From IMG/VR virus record IMGVR_UViG_3300028800_000060, positions 32,001 to 96,000 of that record: a DNA stretch of 64,000 nucleotides. The stretch is one strand, 5' to 3'. Each line of letters starts with the position of its first letter. The first letter of the stretch is position 1. The notes under the pieces are model-generated. The model was not told where the DNA came from and ran no database searches. It saw only the letters and a program-made list of their open reading frames with translations. Positions 46,342 to 56,909 of the stretch are shown piece by piece. This DNA is from a virus. The position numbers were made by a program, and so were the translations under genes.

Positions 46342-46616
46342 TGACAACAATTAATGCAAACAAAGATAGATTGACGGAAGCACAACAAAAAGAAATCGTA
46401 GAGCGTTGCAATGAATCATATGACCGCGGCGGCGCTGATGCCCTAAAGTTTGTTATAGATGCAGCTAAACAAATTGCTGTTGATATGCCGGGTTTTTCTG
46501 AACATGCCGCTTTTACAGTGTATGTGGTTGAAGCTATCCGCGAAAAACTCGCAGCCGCAGTAAATGAACAAGTTCATGATACTATTCCGGAAGAATCGAG
46601 AATATGTATTCCTTAA
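46341..46616 (+). CDS. Hypothetical protein
   Basis: GAGG RBS. Confidence 0.55.
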   Translation: MTTINANKDRLTEAQQKEIVERCNESYDRGGADALKFVIDAAKQIAVDMPGFSEHAAFTVYVVEAIREKLAAAVNEQVHDTIPEESRICIP

Positions 46617-47005
46617 GCTATTTGATCGAAGATGCTCCTAAATGTGCAGCCTATATTAATGGACATTATGTACCTTCTCGTCCTATTCCTTGGGGATTTG
46701 GTATATGGCGCATTAAGGATGCATGGGCTGTTCTTACCGGAAAAGCTGATGCCGTATTTTGGCCTGAAGGACAATAATGCCTCTCTACGATTGGTTTAAC
46801 CTAAACATCAAAAATCATCATCACATTTGGGGTCCTTGGGTTCTTGTAGATACCAAGAACCTCAAATATAATCATCGAGTTATTCAAGGCCAACAATGGA
46901 CCATGAAACGCGAATGTTCTACTTGTGGTGAAATTGATTACCAATCAAAAGAAACAAAACTCAAATTGACGTCCTAAAAGAATTCTTGTTATCATTAACA
47001 TTGTT

Positions 47006-47995
47006 ATGAGCAAAAAAAGAACTAATCAAACTGTAACTATCACCCTTGGTTTACCTGCCTCAGGAAAAACTACTTGGGCAAAAAAAGAAGTTGAATTAGC
47101 AAAACTTTGCAATGAAATTCCCATTGTGCGGGTGAACAATGATGATATACGGGATGAATTAAATGGCGGTCCAATGGATCATTCCAATTGGACTCCCGAA
47201 TTTGAGAAAAAGGTTCGTAAAGTTCGGTTTGAAAGAATTACGGAAGCCCTGAAATCAGGTTGTGATGTTATTGTAGATAACACACATCTGTCCTACAAAA
47301 CTCTAAATAGCCTGAAAACCTGGTTGAAACAGAATTTTCCTAATGTCATTATTGAAGAGAAAGACTTCCGTGATGTTCCTCTCCAAGAATGTTTGGATCG
47401 AGATAAGGCAAGAATTGCTCGGGGTGAGCGTGGAGTAGGTTCTGAGGTAATTATGAAAATGGCAAGTGAAGCGGGACTCATCAAAGAAATTCCTCCACAT
47501 ACAATCGATTGGACTTTGCCGTGGACTATCATGTGTGATTTAGATGGTACTTTAGCTCGCATTGGTAAACGTAGTCCATATGATTGTTCTCAATGCGATC
47601 TATTAGATACTCCCAATCTACATGTCCTACAACTATTGAGGACTTATCAAACTGGACATATTGTTGAGAATATGGATGGATTTGTAACTTCGCATCCAAA
47701 TATTGAAAAAATTCATTTCTTCACTGGCCGAACCGACAATTACAAAGGTCCCACGCTTCGGTTTCTACTAACTAAATGTGGTTTTGATGTTGCTAATGAT
47801 CCATATTTTGAATTAGTTATGCGCCAAACAGGTGATAGTAGACCCGATGAGATCATTAAACGTGAAATGTTTGACTCCCACATCAAAAATAAGTATAATG
47901 TATTTGTAGTTGTAGATGATAGGCCGCGCGTTGTTCGTATGTGGCACAGTTTAGGATTACCAGTTTTTAATGTGGGTGATGGAAGAGAATTTTAA
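47006..47995 (+). CDS. pseT: Polynucleotide 5'-kinase/3'-phosphatase
   Basis: GLPASGKTT P-loop; DLDGT HAD motif; TGR; DDR. Confidence 0.93.
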   Translation: MSKKRTNQTVTITLGLPASGKTTWAKKEVELAKLCNEIPIVRVNNDDIRDELNGGPMDHSNWTPEFEKKVRKVRFERITEALKSGCDVIVDNTHLSYKTLNSLKTWLKQNFPNVIIEEKDFRDVPLQECLDRDKARIARGERGVGSEVIMKMASEAGLIKEIPPHTIDWTLPWTIMCDLDGTLARIGKRSPYDCSQCDLLDTPNLHVLQLLRTYQTGHIVENMDGFVTSHPNIEKIHFFTGRTDNYKGPTLRFLLTKCGFDVANDPYFELVMRQTGDSRPDEIIKREMFDSHIKNKYNVFVVVDDRPRVVRMWHSLGLPVFNVGDGREF

Positions 47996-47998
47996 TAC

Positions 47999-48382
47999 AT
48001 GACTATTTACGGACCAAAACATGATGATGTTGTGGATATGTTCTTAACTCAACATGTAGAAGACCGTATCCGAGATCGTTTTCCTTCTCTCAAATTTAAA
48101 ACAAATTTAAAAATTTATGTTTCCTATTGTGAAAGCCCAACAGCAGCACCTATGTGGTCTATACCAGTTTCTGGTGGATATATTATAGGAAAATGGATTC
48201 CCTCACATCACGGAAGTTATATTAAGGGAATTTTTATCGCCCAAACGGCGTTAATGACTTGGCAATTTAAAAGATCCAAGTTTGAAAAGAAACGGTCAGT
48301 CTGGGTAACTTTTAGAAGGATTATTTCTCAAACAGAGAATAAAGCTAAATGTGGAAAAGGTGAACAAAATGAATCTAAATGA
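47999..48382 (+). CDS. Hypothetical protein
   Basis: LTQHVEDRIRDR. Confidence 0.5.
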   Translation: MTIYGPKHDDVVDMFLTQHVEDRIRDRFPSLKFKTNLKIYVSYCESPTAAPMWSIPVSGGYIIGKWIPSHHGSYIKGIFIAQTALMTWQFKRSKFEKKRSVWVTFRRIISQTENKAKCGKGEQNESK

Positions 48383-48617
48383 AACTTTAATTGCTTTACG
48401 CGCAGGAAATTGTAATCTCATTTACCAAAAAATGAATGGTGACATTCGTGTTGCTGTGGGTACTTTGAATTTGAATTTGGTTCCAAAGGAAAATTGGCCG
48501 AAAATTTCAACTCAAGAACCCAACAAAGAAAATGAATTGATCCATTACTACGATCAAACGATTAATGGATGGCGCTGTTTCTGGATGGAAAATCTGAAAA
48601 GTCTTTCTTTGGTGTAA
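48369..48617 (+). CDS. SH3-like beta-barrel (WYL-2-like) protein
   Basis: YQKMNGDIR..GTL, YYD...GWRCF. Confidence 0.75.
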   Translation: MNLNETLIALRAGNCNLIYQKMNGDIRVAVGTLNLNLVPKENWPKISTQEPNKENELIHYYDQTINGWRCFWMENLKSLSLV

Positions 48618-48619
48618 GA

Positions 48620-49027
48620 ATGAATAAAGAAGAAATTAAAGATAATCTCCATTATGGTTGGTCCTGGAAAGATGCTGTGCTTAATGCTGAAGCCACCGGC
48701 ATGAAGGTTTATAGATCTACAGATACGTTATTACTCCTAGATCTGGATGATTCGGAAAGCTTGTTTAAGTACGAGAGTATGTTTCCGTTATTGGAAAAAC
48801 AGTTTGAATTGGTAGAATTAAATCGTTGGCATTCCAAATCTGGAATAGGATGGCATGTAATACTTTTATGTAGTCCTCAAAATATGCTAACCCGAATTAC
48901 GTTACAGGCAGTCCTCGGTTCAGATATTAAACGTGAAGCATTGGCACTATTAATGCATCGGGACGGCATTGAAAATTGTAGTTGGCTTTTTAAGCCTAAA
49001 GTAGAAAAAGAAGTTTGTCCTTTTTGA
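48620..49027 (+). CDS. Hypothetical protein
   Basis: LLLDLD, SKSG..WHV, LQAVLGSD. Confidence 0.55.
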   Translation: MNKEEIKDNLHYGWSWKDAVLNAEATGMKVYRSTDTLLLLDLDDSESLFKYESMFPLLEKQFELVELNRWHSKSGIGWHVILLCSPQNMLTRITLQAVLGSDIKREALALLMHRDGIENCSWLFKPKVEKEVCPF

Positions 49028-49036
49028 TGTACGTGG

Positions 49037-49063
49037 AAAGGGGAAGCTTAAAGCTTCCCTTCT
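49037..49063. terminator. Hairpin between convergent genes
   Basis: aaggggaagc/gcttccctt inverted repeat. Confidence 0.6.
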
Positions 49064-49758
49064 TTATCCAAATAAGCTAATTTAGCAACGATCCATTCTT
49101 TTACAATACCAGAACGAACGATATCTTCCTCTTCAAATTCGATAAAACTAAAACTTTCGCAATTTTCAATTATATCCAAAAATTGTGGAACACCAGTCTT
49201 ATCATATTTGCTGCGGTATAAATCAGTTTGATCTATATCACCACAAAAGACAACACGGCATCTATTTCCGATACGTGTAATAACTGTATCGAGTTCTTCG
49301 AAATTCATATTTTGGATTTCATCTACGATAATAACAGCATCATTTAAAGTTGTTCCTCTTAAATGTGATGTGGTTATAAATTCAATCATCATTTTCTGTT
49401 TCAATATATCGTAGGCATCACCTCTACCAAATAATTCAGAACAAATCTTCTGGTATGGTGCCTCATAAACGGCCATTTTTTCTCCGGCGGTACCGGGAAG
49501 AAATCCCATATCACGTGAGGGAACAATACTTCGAATAATTATCACTCGCTGATACTTACCATTTAGGACTTCTTGAAGACCTAACCATAATGAAAGGAAT
49601 GTTTTTCCTGTCCCAGCAACACCATGTAAAACTAAATTGTAATCAGAACGGAATGATTCGATCATTGCATTTTGAGTTGGTGTTTTGGGTTCTATTTTCC
49701 TCATGGGAAAACTTTTATCTGGACCAGGTTTCGTCTTTATCTTCTTTTTTGTTGCCAT
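49048..49758 (-). CDS. phoH: PhoH-family ATPase
   Basis: GVAGTGKT, GFLPG, LRGTTL, DEIQN, GDIDQTD, DIVRS. Confidence 0.95.
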   Translation of the reverse strand: MATKKKIKTKPGPDKSFPMRKIEPKTPTQNAMIESFRSDYNLVLHGVAGTGKTFLSLWLGLQEVLNGKYQRVIIIRSIVPSRDMGFLPGTAGEKMAVYEAPYQKICSELFGRGDAYDILKQKMMIEFITTSHLRGTTLNDAVIIVDEIQNMNFEELDTVITRIGNRCRVVFCGDIDQTDLYRSKYDKTGVPQFLDIIENCESFSFIEFEEEDIVRSGIVKEWIVAKLAYLDKEGKL

Positions 49759-49781
49759 CCGTATTTTTCCTTTTAGGATTT

Positions 49782-50129
49782 TTAAACGAGTCGGCCGGGA
49801 GAATACCGAGCTTTACTGAAATTAACAAACTTTCTTTTAATTTTGCCATCAGGTGTTATTGTGCTTTTATCTGGTACTGAATTTTCCATACGGCCTAAAA
49901 CGCCATGCAAAAACGCATCTGGAGGACGTGTAATGCCAAGTTTAATAGGATCTCCTAAAGCTGGTGGGGAACTTAAATAAATGTGCAGGCAATCATTTTC
50001 GCGGCATTCGGGGCAAGGAGAGTGCTCCGGAAGTAGGTAATCTACCATAGGAAGTTTAGCTTCAAAAATAGTATCACAATTAGAGCAAAGATATTCGTAA
50101 TTAGGCAAGGATTTTAAAACTCCATTCAA
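49782..50129 (-). CDS. FmdB-family zinc-ribbon protein
   Basis: PNYEYLCSNC...PCPEC; likely start at TTG before PNY. Confidence 0.8.
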   Translation of the reverse strand: MNGVLKSLPNYEYLCSNCDTIFEAKLPMVDYLLPEHSPCPECRENDCLHIYLSSPPALGDPIKLGITRPPDAFLHGVLGRMENSVPDKSTITPDGKIKRKFVNFSKARYSPGRLV

Positions 50130-50212
50130 ATAATTAATGAGTACAGAACTATTTAGTTCTTCCTTTTGAAGGAATGCTTGACATCGTGTGTTATTTCTTA
50201 TAAACTATAAAT

Positions 50213-51379
50213 ATGGGCAGACATAAAAAGCAACGAATTAGTATCCCTAAAGAAGGCGATGCAGTATCGAAAAAGGCACTAAAAGATTCATCTATTGTGG
50301 TTTGGGGTAATGAACCAAATTGGGTTCCCGTAAACCAACTATTAGATAGTGCCGAGAAGCATTTCGAAACTCAACGCCAGTTAGGCTTGGCTTTCAACTG
50401 GTATTACAATATGACGGATGAAAAACTCCGTAAATCTTTTTTTGTTGATTATGCCGAAAAATTCTTCCCCAATAATGTGGACAATGTTCGAAATATTTCT
50501 CCAGATCTTTTTACGTGTGGAGAATATCACACATACGGTGTTCTAGCAAGAATGATCATGCGCGGTTGGCCCATTGATCAGACGAAAAAGGAACATCTGT
50601 CATCGTTGATTAAAACCTACAACAAAAATTCTGCAAAGATTATTGAACCTCAGGTCGAAAAAAAGAAAGACCGAGATCCTGTAATTTCGAAATGTATTAA
50701 TCTTGTAAACGAACAACTGGATGATTTTGGTTTTGTTGCTCGTAAGAAATTTCCTGAGCCGAGTATGGCTGATACTGTTCTGAAGGTAGGCGCAACAAAC
50801 GGCCAAAGAACTAAAGTGCATGAGCATTTTGGTAATACCATTTTGGAAATCAAACAGGTGATTACTGGTGATGATGAACTTTTGAAAGAAGCCTATAGTG
50901 GTGTATCCAAGGGTACTTTACAGAAAGTTTATAATTGGTTTACAGCAATGCCTTCCGAGGGGTTAGTTGTTACTCAAAAAACTAGGAAAACCCGAAAGAA
51001 GAAAGTGAAGAGTGCGGCACAAATCCTGAAATTATTCATTTGCCAAAAATCTGATTCAGAATTAAACGTCCAATCTGTAGATCCCGAAACTATTCTCGGT
51101 GCTCAACAATTGTGGGTATTTAATACCAAGACTCGCAAGCTCGGTGTTTATTATGCCGCAAATGAAAAGGGACTTGGCGTATCACGTAAATCTATTGATA
51201 ACTATGATGAAAAAACCTCTTTCTGTAAAAAGATCCGTAAACCGAAAGAGATTATTCCGGGCGTAATTACAGCAGGAAAGGTGGCATTGCGTCATGCGAT
51301 GGATGAAATTCGCGCCACAAAATCACCTATGAAGAGTCGAATTTGTGAAACTGTACTCCTATTAAGGACGGTAAAATAA
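50213..51379 (+). CDS. Conserved T4-like phage hypothetical protein
   Basis: GNEP, AFNWYY, ILGAQQLWVFNTKTRKL, KKIRKP; behind overlapping sigma70 and TATAAATA promoters. Confidence 0.75.
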   Translation: MGRHKKQRISIPKEGDAVSKKALKDSSIVVWGNEPNWVPVNQLLDSAEKHFETQRQLGLAFNWYYNMTDEKLRKSFFVDYAEKFFPNNVDNVRNISPDLFTCGEYHTYGVLARMIMRGWPIDQTKKEHLSSLIKTYNKNSAKIIEPQVEKKKDRDPVISKCINLVNEQLDDFGFVARKKFPEPSMADTVLKVGATNGQRTKVHEHFGNTILEIKQVITGDDELLKEAYSGVSKGTLQKVYNWFTAMPSEGLVVTQKTRKTRKKKVKSAAQILKLFICQKSDSELNVQSVDPETILGAQQLWVFNTKTRKLGVYYAANEKGLGVSRKSIDNYDEKTSFCKKIRKPKEIIPGVITAGKVALRHAMDEIRATKSPMKSRICETVLLLRTVK

Positions 51380-51642
51380 TGGAAAGAACTTTATTTAGAA
51401 AATTTCCTGAAAGCCCCAATGAAGAACCTTACCATACATATGGGCTATCGGTACATGAAATTGAATTGCCCGATTGCAAAATCTCTCCTAGAGAAGGATG
51501 GTTAGTTCATTTGATGAAAATCTATCGGGATTTATATCCGAGATATCCCGAAGAATGTTATCAAAGATGGGCAGAAACACAACTTAACCGTGAACTTGAC
51601 AGGCTTGGTGATTATTTTAGTCTGAGTTCTTTTTATGACTAA
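51379..51642 (+). CDS. Hypothetical protein
   Basis: Coupled ORF. Confidence 0.5.
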   Translation: MERTLFRKFPESPNEEPYHTYGLSVHEIELPDCKISPREGWLVHLMKIYRDLYPRYPEECYQRWAETQLNRELDRLGDYFSLSSFYD

Positions 51643-51957
51643 TTGTCCTCGTTGTCTTTCACCACTAGAACTTGATGGTAATTGTCCAAATGAATGTCGT
51701 CCTTTTCAATCAAAAATTGAAGAGGAAGAATATTTTGATGATTTGGAAGATATTAGTGTGAATGTTTATGAAGACGAAAGTATTACCAATTAAAGAAAAA
51801 GCAGAAGAGGCTGGGATTCTTTCAGCAAAAGAAATTGAATTTACTCCTGATAGGAAGATTATTTACCTTACCGTTTCTTTTGAAGACGAAGATCCGGATT
51901 TTATGAAAACAGAAACGAAAAAATTCTGGTTACTATATAAATATTCTCATCCAAAAA

Positions 51958-52410
51958 ATGAATCTACTAAAGAAAATACTCAAAAAGATCCTCAAACAAT
52001 CTAAATTACCCAAATTGGTTAAAATCACACCAACTGGTGTGCCAACTTGGCATCGTGATTCGGATAGAAGCGAATGTGGTATGGTTGAAACTGAACCAAA
52101 CCAAGAAGTTTATTCGCGAATGGTAAGAGTTCAGGGAGAAGTTATTGAACCGCTTCCTGATGATACGCCCGAAGATCTGGCATCATTGATTAGTTGTGCT
52201 GCTTGTGACCATGAATTTTCTAGGGTTATTGTTTACCCCATATGTCAAGAAATGCGTAAGCAGGTAATGGATCTAATTGTTGGTAACAAGGATAATTTAT
52301 ATCCTATGTACGAATACCGGTTAGCTAATATTATTGCCAATGATGATTTGGATTCAAAGACATTAATTTACAAGTATGGGGGAAAAACCCACTTCGCAAA
52401 ACCTATTTAA
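51958..52410 (+). CDS. Hypothetical protein
   Basis: After TATAAATA at 51936. Confidence 0.55.
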   Translation: MNLLKKILKKILKQSKLPKLVKITPTGVPTWHRDSDRSECGMVETEPNQEVYSRMVRVQGEVIEPLPDDTPEDLASLISCAACDHEFSRVIVYPICQEMRKQVMDLIVGNKDNLYPMYEYRLANIIANDDLDSKTLIYKYGGKTHFAKPI

Positions 52411-52412
52411 TT

Positions 52413-52922
52413 ATGAATACAATAACCGAACATAATGGTTTAGGTTCTACGGCAATATTTTCATCTGATAAAATTTATCGTTATTTTCTTTCCAGAAAAA
52501 CTGGTATACCTGGTAATAAAAAACTCATATGGATAATGCTTAATCCTTCCACAGCGGATGCTTTTAAATTAGATCCTACGGTTATACGTTGTTTTGTTCG
52601 TAGTAAAAGGCATTCGGCCAATGAAATGATTATCTTAAACCTATTCGGGTTTAGATCTCCATATCCCAAAGACCTTTACACAATTGAAGATCCCATAGGT
52701 CCCGATAATGACGAAATAATTGCATCTTCCTTACAAGGAAATAATGTTACATTAGTTTGTGCGTGGGGCAGTCATAAACTAGTACATGAACGCAGCCTTG
52801 AGCTTTGGAGTCGTTTGGTTGATATCTCCAAATATTGTCTGGGCACAACAAAGACGGGCCAGCCAAAGCATCCGCTTCATGTAGCTTATGAAGATGATTT
52901 AATTCCCTTTGACATCTTCTAA
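52413..52922 (+). CDS. DUF1643-family protein
   Basis: YRYFL, IMLNPSTAD, DPT, NLF, AWG, PKHPL. Confidence 0.9.
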   Translation: MNTITEHNGLGSTAIFSSDKIYRYFLSRKTGIPGNKKLIWIMLNPSTADAFKLDPTVIRCFVRSKRHSANEMIILNLFGFRSPYPKDLYTIEDPIGPDNDEIIASSLQGNNVTLVCAWGSHKLVHERSLELWSRLVDISKYCLGTTKTGQPKHPLHVAYEDDLIPFDIF

Positions 52923-52937
52923 ATAATGTTGTATACT
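52909..52937 (+). promoter_or_regulatory. Sigma70-type promoter of rnh
   Basis: TTGACA-17 bp-TATACT. Confidence 0.8.
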
Positions 52938-52956
52938 TAAATTAAAAGAGAATATA

Positions 52957-53541
52957 ATGGTACTTATAGATTTTAGCCAGGTTATGATTAGTAATCTGTG
53001 CGTGCTTCCGATGAAACAATTGGAAGAAAAAGAAACAAACGAATTGCCGGATCTTCGTCATTCTGTTATTCCTGGAATTCCTTCAGAAAAAAAAGATGAA
53101 ATTAACGAAGATTTATTGAGACATATGGTACTCAATAGTCTCCGATTTTATAATACTAAATTCGGAATAAAATACGGCCGGTTGGTGATTTGCTGTGATA
53201 GTCGCCATTATTGGCGAAAAGATGTATTCAAATATTATAAGGCGGGAAGAAAAAAGACCAGAGATAAATCTCCTTTAAATTGGAATTTAATTTTTGAAAC
53301 TCTCAATAAACTCCAAGATGAACTTGTAGAATACTTTCCCTATCAGGTTATTAATGTTAATGGTGCTGAAGCTGATGATTTAATCGGTGTGGTGGCAAAA
53401 CGAGAAAAAAAGAATGGTCCGGTTTTGATAATATCAAACGATAAAGATTTTATCCAACTATTAGATAAAAATGTTTCTCTATATCGGAATATATCCAAAG
53501 AATTATGGATTTTTGATAACAGTCCATCCATTACAGTTTAA
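52957..53541 (+). CDS. rnh: T4 RNase H (5'-3' exonuclease), N-terminal part of split gene
   Basis: LIDFSQ, YWR, YKAGRK, EADD, SNDKDFIQL. Confidence 0.9.
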   Translation: MVLIDFSQVMISNLCVLPMKQLEEKETNELPDLRHSVIPGIPSEKKDEINEDLLRHMVLNSLRFYNTKFGIKYGRLVICCDSRHYWRKDVFKYYKAGRKKTRDKSPLNWNLIFETLNKLQDELVEYFPYQVINVNGAEADDLIGVVAKREKKNGPVLIISNDKDFIQLLDKNVSLYRNISKELWIFDNSPSITV

Positions 53542-53715
53542 ACGTTTTTGCGTGACTTTTCTAGCTTTAGAATTTGGAGGTAGTATTGGCCCTAAATTTG
53601 CATTTTTGTAAATTGTTGGAAAAGCCAATTGGTGTGTCTCACAAAAAGAAACAAGCATGCCGCAAAATTCAAAAATATTTCCGGAAATATCTATAAGGAC
53701 AAAGATTTTGAACAA
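53503..53715 (-). mobile_element. Relic of homing-endonuclease C-terminal DNA-binding domain inserted antisense in rnh
   Basis: Minus-strand frame KIFVLIDISGNIFEF...FCETHQL...NGWTV* resembles C-terminal modules of phage GIY-YIG/HNH endonucleases. Confidence 0.6.
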
Positions 53716-54105
53716 ATGGACTATAAGATTGTAAAACTTACAAAGAAACAAGTACACGAAAAACTCAGAGAACATATTATGCTCGGAGACCACAGCGATG
53801 GAATACCCAATTTCAAATCTCCGGATGATGCCTTTGTTTCTGGAACTCGTCAAACATCAATCCGGAAGAGTGATTTAGAACGTTGGGTAAAAGAAACTAA
53901 ACCGGAAAATTTTTGTGATAGTACGATGCTACGAGGATACCGGAGAAATCAAAAATTGATTGATCTGGATTTTATTCCTCAAGAAATACAAAATGCTATT
54001 GTGGAAGCATGGGATAAACCTTTCAGTGAATCGCGAAAGAAATTGTGGGATTATTTTGTAAAGTATAAGTTAGCTACATTAGCGGATCATTTAGGAGAAT
54101 TCTGA
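53716..54105 (+). CDS. rnh: T4 RNase H, C-terminal part of split gene
   Basis: EHIMLGDHSDGIPN, RQ, RNQKLIDLDFIP; start uncertain (frame open from 53629). Confidence 0.85.
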   Translation: MDYKIVKLTKKQVHEKLREHIMLGDHSDGIPNFKSPDDAFVSGTRQTSIRKSDLERWVKETKPENFCDSTMLRGYRRNQKLIDLDFIPQEIQNAIVEAWDKPFSESRKKLWDYFVKYKLATLADHLGEF

Positions 54106-54244
54106 TGTGGAGATATTTGATATCTGCTTTTAATTCAATTATGGGAACTCATATTTGTTGCCATGAATGGGGAAAATGGCATGCCACATTCCATTTTCAA
54201 CATAGATATTGTAAATTGTGTTTTTATAAACAAGAAAAAGAAAT

Positions 54245-54676
54245 ATGAAATCTGTAGGAGAATTAATGAACATAAAAATTATTCCAGAAATTCTGGATGA
54301 AGTTGCAGCTTGTACCACGGAAGAAGAAGTGAGAAAAGTTCTATTTAAGAACCAATCTCCCGCAATTAAGAAAATGTTTGAATTGGTTTTTAGACCAGAA
54401 CACACATTTACTATTAAAGAACTTCCAAAATATAAACAAGATCCTGGGCCAATAGGTTTGAGCCCAAATTCACTATACGTAGAATTACGGAGATTCTATG
54501 TACTAGAGGATACCAAAGTTATTCCAGAAAAAAAGAAATTGGAAATACTTACTCAAATTCTCGAATCTATCCATCCCACTGAGGCCGAACTTGTCGGGAA
54601 AATTATCAGAAAAGATTTGGGTATTCCACTTCTAACTAAAGAAGTAATTAATTCCGTATATCCAGGTTTGGTATAA
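54245..54676 (+). CDS. Conserved T4-like phage protein (DUF6433-like)
   Basis: LPKY, SLYVELRRFY, QILESIHPTEA. Confidence 0.75.
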   Translation: MKSVGELMNIKIIPEILDEVAACTTEEEVRKVLFKNQSPAIKKMFELVFRPEHTFTIKELPKYKQDPGPIGLSPNSLYVELRRFYVLEDTKVIPEKKKLEILTQILESIHPTEAELVGKIIRKDLGIPLLTKEVINSVYPGLV

Positions 54677-54780
54677 ATACGTAAGGAGGAAAACTCAATG
54701 CCGGCAATTTTTGTTTTTGTGTTGATTGTTGCTGTAGGTACATACTTGTACTACAAGCATACCTAAAATTGGATTAAATT

Positions 54781-55440
54781 ATGACTAAATGTTCCATACA
54801 CACTGAAAATAATATTTTTTACCATGATTCTCTACACGAAACTGACATATGTTTTCAGTGTGTGTGGGACTGGTTTGGTGAACATAGAGAACAAAAAGAG
54901 CACGTGGCGAAACTAACTTACATGAGTTGTGGTCCCGATGTATTCATTGATATTGGTAATTTCGAATCGGGTAAAACCTATCGAAATTATTACAAGACAA
55001 TTATAAATGTTTCCGATTCTTTTTCGGAATATGCCACACATTGGTTCCCCATAAATGAAATATCTCCTTGGACTTATGCACCATTTTATTGGTTCAAGAA
55101 AATTGCGGATAGAAAACGAAATGAATATATTTTAGTCCACTGTGCCGCTGGAATACATAGATCTTTAATGATGGCACATTGTTGGCTACTTTCTTTGGGT
55201 TATTCACAAGAACAATCGGCCGAAATTTTTAATTGCCCTAATATCATTAGGGATTATTACCACGACATTCAGACGGGAATTATACCAGAAGATCTCTTGG
55301 TATTTTATAAAATCATGAATGATCATCCTACTTGGTCTTTACCCGGGTGCTTGCGAGACTTAGGAATACCTAATCTACTCAATAATACAAGTTTGCGTAA
55401 AACTACCAAATATCAGGACTATTTAGGAAATACACTATAA
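54781..55440 (+). CDS. Dual-specificity/PTP-type phosphatase
   Basis: HCAAGIHRS (HCx5R). Confidence 0.8.
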   Translation: MTKCSIHTENNIFYHDSLHETDICFQCVWDWFGEHREQKEHVAKLTYMSCGPDVFIDIGNFESGKTYRNYYKTIINVSDSFSEYATHWFPINEISPWTYAPFYWFKKIADRKRNEYILVHCAAGIHRSLMMAHCWLLSLGYSQEQSAEIFNCPNIIRDYYHDIQTGIIPEDLLVFYKIMNDHPTWSLPGCLRDLGIPNLLNNTSLRKTTKYQDYLGNTL

Positions 55441-55448
55441 ATAGTGTT

Positions 55449-55862
55449 GTGCTTCCAATTCTACAAAAAATACACGAACCCGGTGAATTTTGTCCTACCA
55501 TCAAAGATGTTAGAAAATGGCACGGAGTTTTGAATGAGGCAGTATTTGATGGAGTTGTTCCTAAATTTTATGATATTGTAATCGTAGATAAACTTCCCCG
55601 TCAATTTGCGGCCACAATGGCCTTAAAAGATAAAAAGGTACCTGATAAACGTTTTGCCCGTTTAGAAATTAATCCTAGATTTCCATCTTTCAAAAAATTT
55701 ATCATCATACTCATCCACGAAATGATACATTGTTGGCAATGGATATGCGAAAATCGGATGGATCATGGAAAGACATTCTTTCAGTGGAAAGAAAAATTAA
55801 AAGATCAGGGAATACCTTTGAGTGAAAAATATCACAGAAAATTTCTTGACATACCTGAATAG
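55449..55862 (+). CDS. SprT-like metalloprotease
   Basis: LNEAVFDG, HEMIH, HGKTF; after TATAAATA. Confidence 0.8.
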   Translation: MLPILQKIHEPGEFCPTIKDVRKWHGVLNEAVFDGVVPKFYDIVIVDKLPRQFAATMALKDKKVPDKRFARLEINPRFPSFKKFIIILIHEMIHCWQWICENRMDHGKTFFQWKEKLKDQGIPLSEKYHRKFLDIPE

Positions 55863-56037
55863 CTTTGATATACTCATTATATGAAAACAGTGAATGTGAG
55901 TTTAACAGCAGAAGAGTTACGCTTTGCTATTTTTTTGTCAGATATGTGGATAGCTAACCCAAAGCAATCTCCTTTTGAGTTCCGAGAACCAACAAAGCTT
56001 TGTTCGAAGCTTTACGAAGCAGAAGCGGAAATTAACC

Positions 56038-56394
56038 ATGGCTAACTATTATAGTTATTGTCCTGAGACATTCCCTATTGTGTTAACTACTTGTATTCAG
56101 GATGCTAAGGAACGATATCCAGAAGAAAAGGTTCAAGATGTGCGAATGTGGACACAGAAGTGGCCAGATATCTCTTGTGGGTTTTCTTCTGGTTCTGAAT
56201 TGCATATTGAAACTCTATCACCTACGGTTGTGATTAAGTTCTCTCACACACTGAGATTGGTTTACCACAATGCGGAATTAGCATATGTTTTGGATGGTGA
56301 AACTACTGTTAGATTTTATGACTCCGTACGGAGAAGGAATTTACCGGGTGCTTCAGACTCGGAAAAAGAATATCTCATCAATGGATCGGAATAA
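56038..56394 (+). CDS. Hypothetical protein
   Basis: QKWPDISCGF...VYH..LAY. Confidence 0.55.
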   Translation: MANYYSYCPETFPIVLTTCIQDAKERYPEEKVQDVRMWTQKWPDISCGFSSGSELHIETLSPTVVIKFSHTLRLVYHNAELAYVLDGETTVRFYDSVRRRNLPGASDSEKEYLINGSE

Positions 56395-56542
56395 AATGAT
56401 TGCATATATATTCCCTGTTCTTCAGATTTTAATTTGCTTGGGAGCGGCCGGAATGTATTTGTATACCGGCAACATTAGGAAAACCATTTATTGGTTGGCG
56501 GCCGCTGTTATAACCGCGTCTATTACGTTTTGAGAGATTATT

Positions 56543-56908
56543 ATGCCTTTTATTTCCGTAAGAAATTATGTTTGGTTGTCAGTTAGACCTTCTAGATTGG
56601 GAAAAATCTTCATCTTAGATGGATATGATTATTTACATTGTTCGTCAGAGTTTTTGGAAGATTTTGAAAAAACGCATGGTTGTTTCGAAAAATATTTATG
56701 TGAATTTGGAGTATGGTTATACAATAAAACGGTAAATATTACGTTTAACCCAATTGAAATTGATGAAGGAACACTTGATGAATTAAGTAATTCCAGTTTC
56801 TTTACGAAAATTTTTGTTGTTGTAGATAAAACCATTTCAAGTAATGGAAAAGAATTTTTTACTTTAATCTTCCGTCTCGGTAAAAAAGAATGGTTAAAGG
56901 TATTATAA
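56543..56908 (+). CDS. Hypothetical protein
   Basis: Co-oriented ORF. Confidence 0.5.
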   Translation: MPFISVRNYVWLSVRPSRLGKIFILDGYDYLHCSSEFLEDFEKTHGCFEKYLCEFGVWLYNKTVNITFNPIEIDEGTLDELSNSSFFTKIFVVVDKTISSNGKEFFTLIFRLGKKEWLKVL

Positions 56909-56909
56909 T

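Noticed and set aside
53490-53730. Group I intron in rnh
   Set aside because: No recognisable P7 or J8/7 elements in the right order. The insert reads as antisense protein-coding relic instead, though splicing has not been excluded experimentally.
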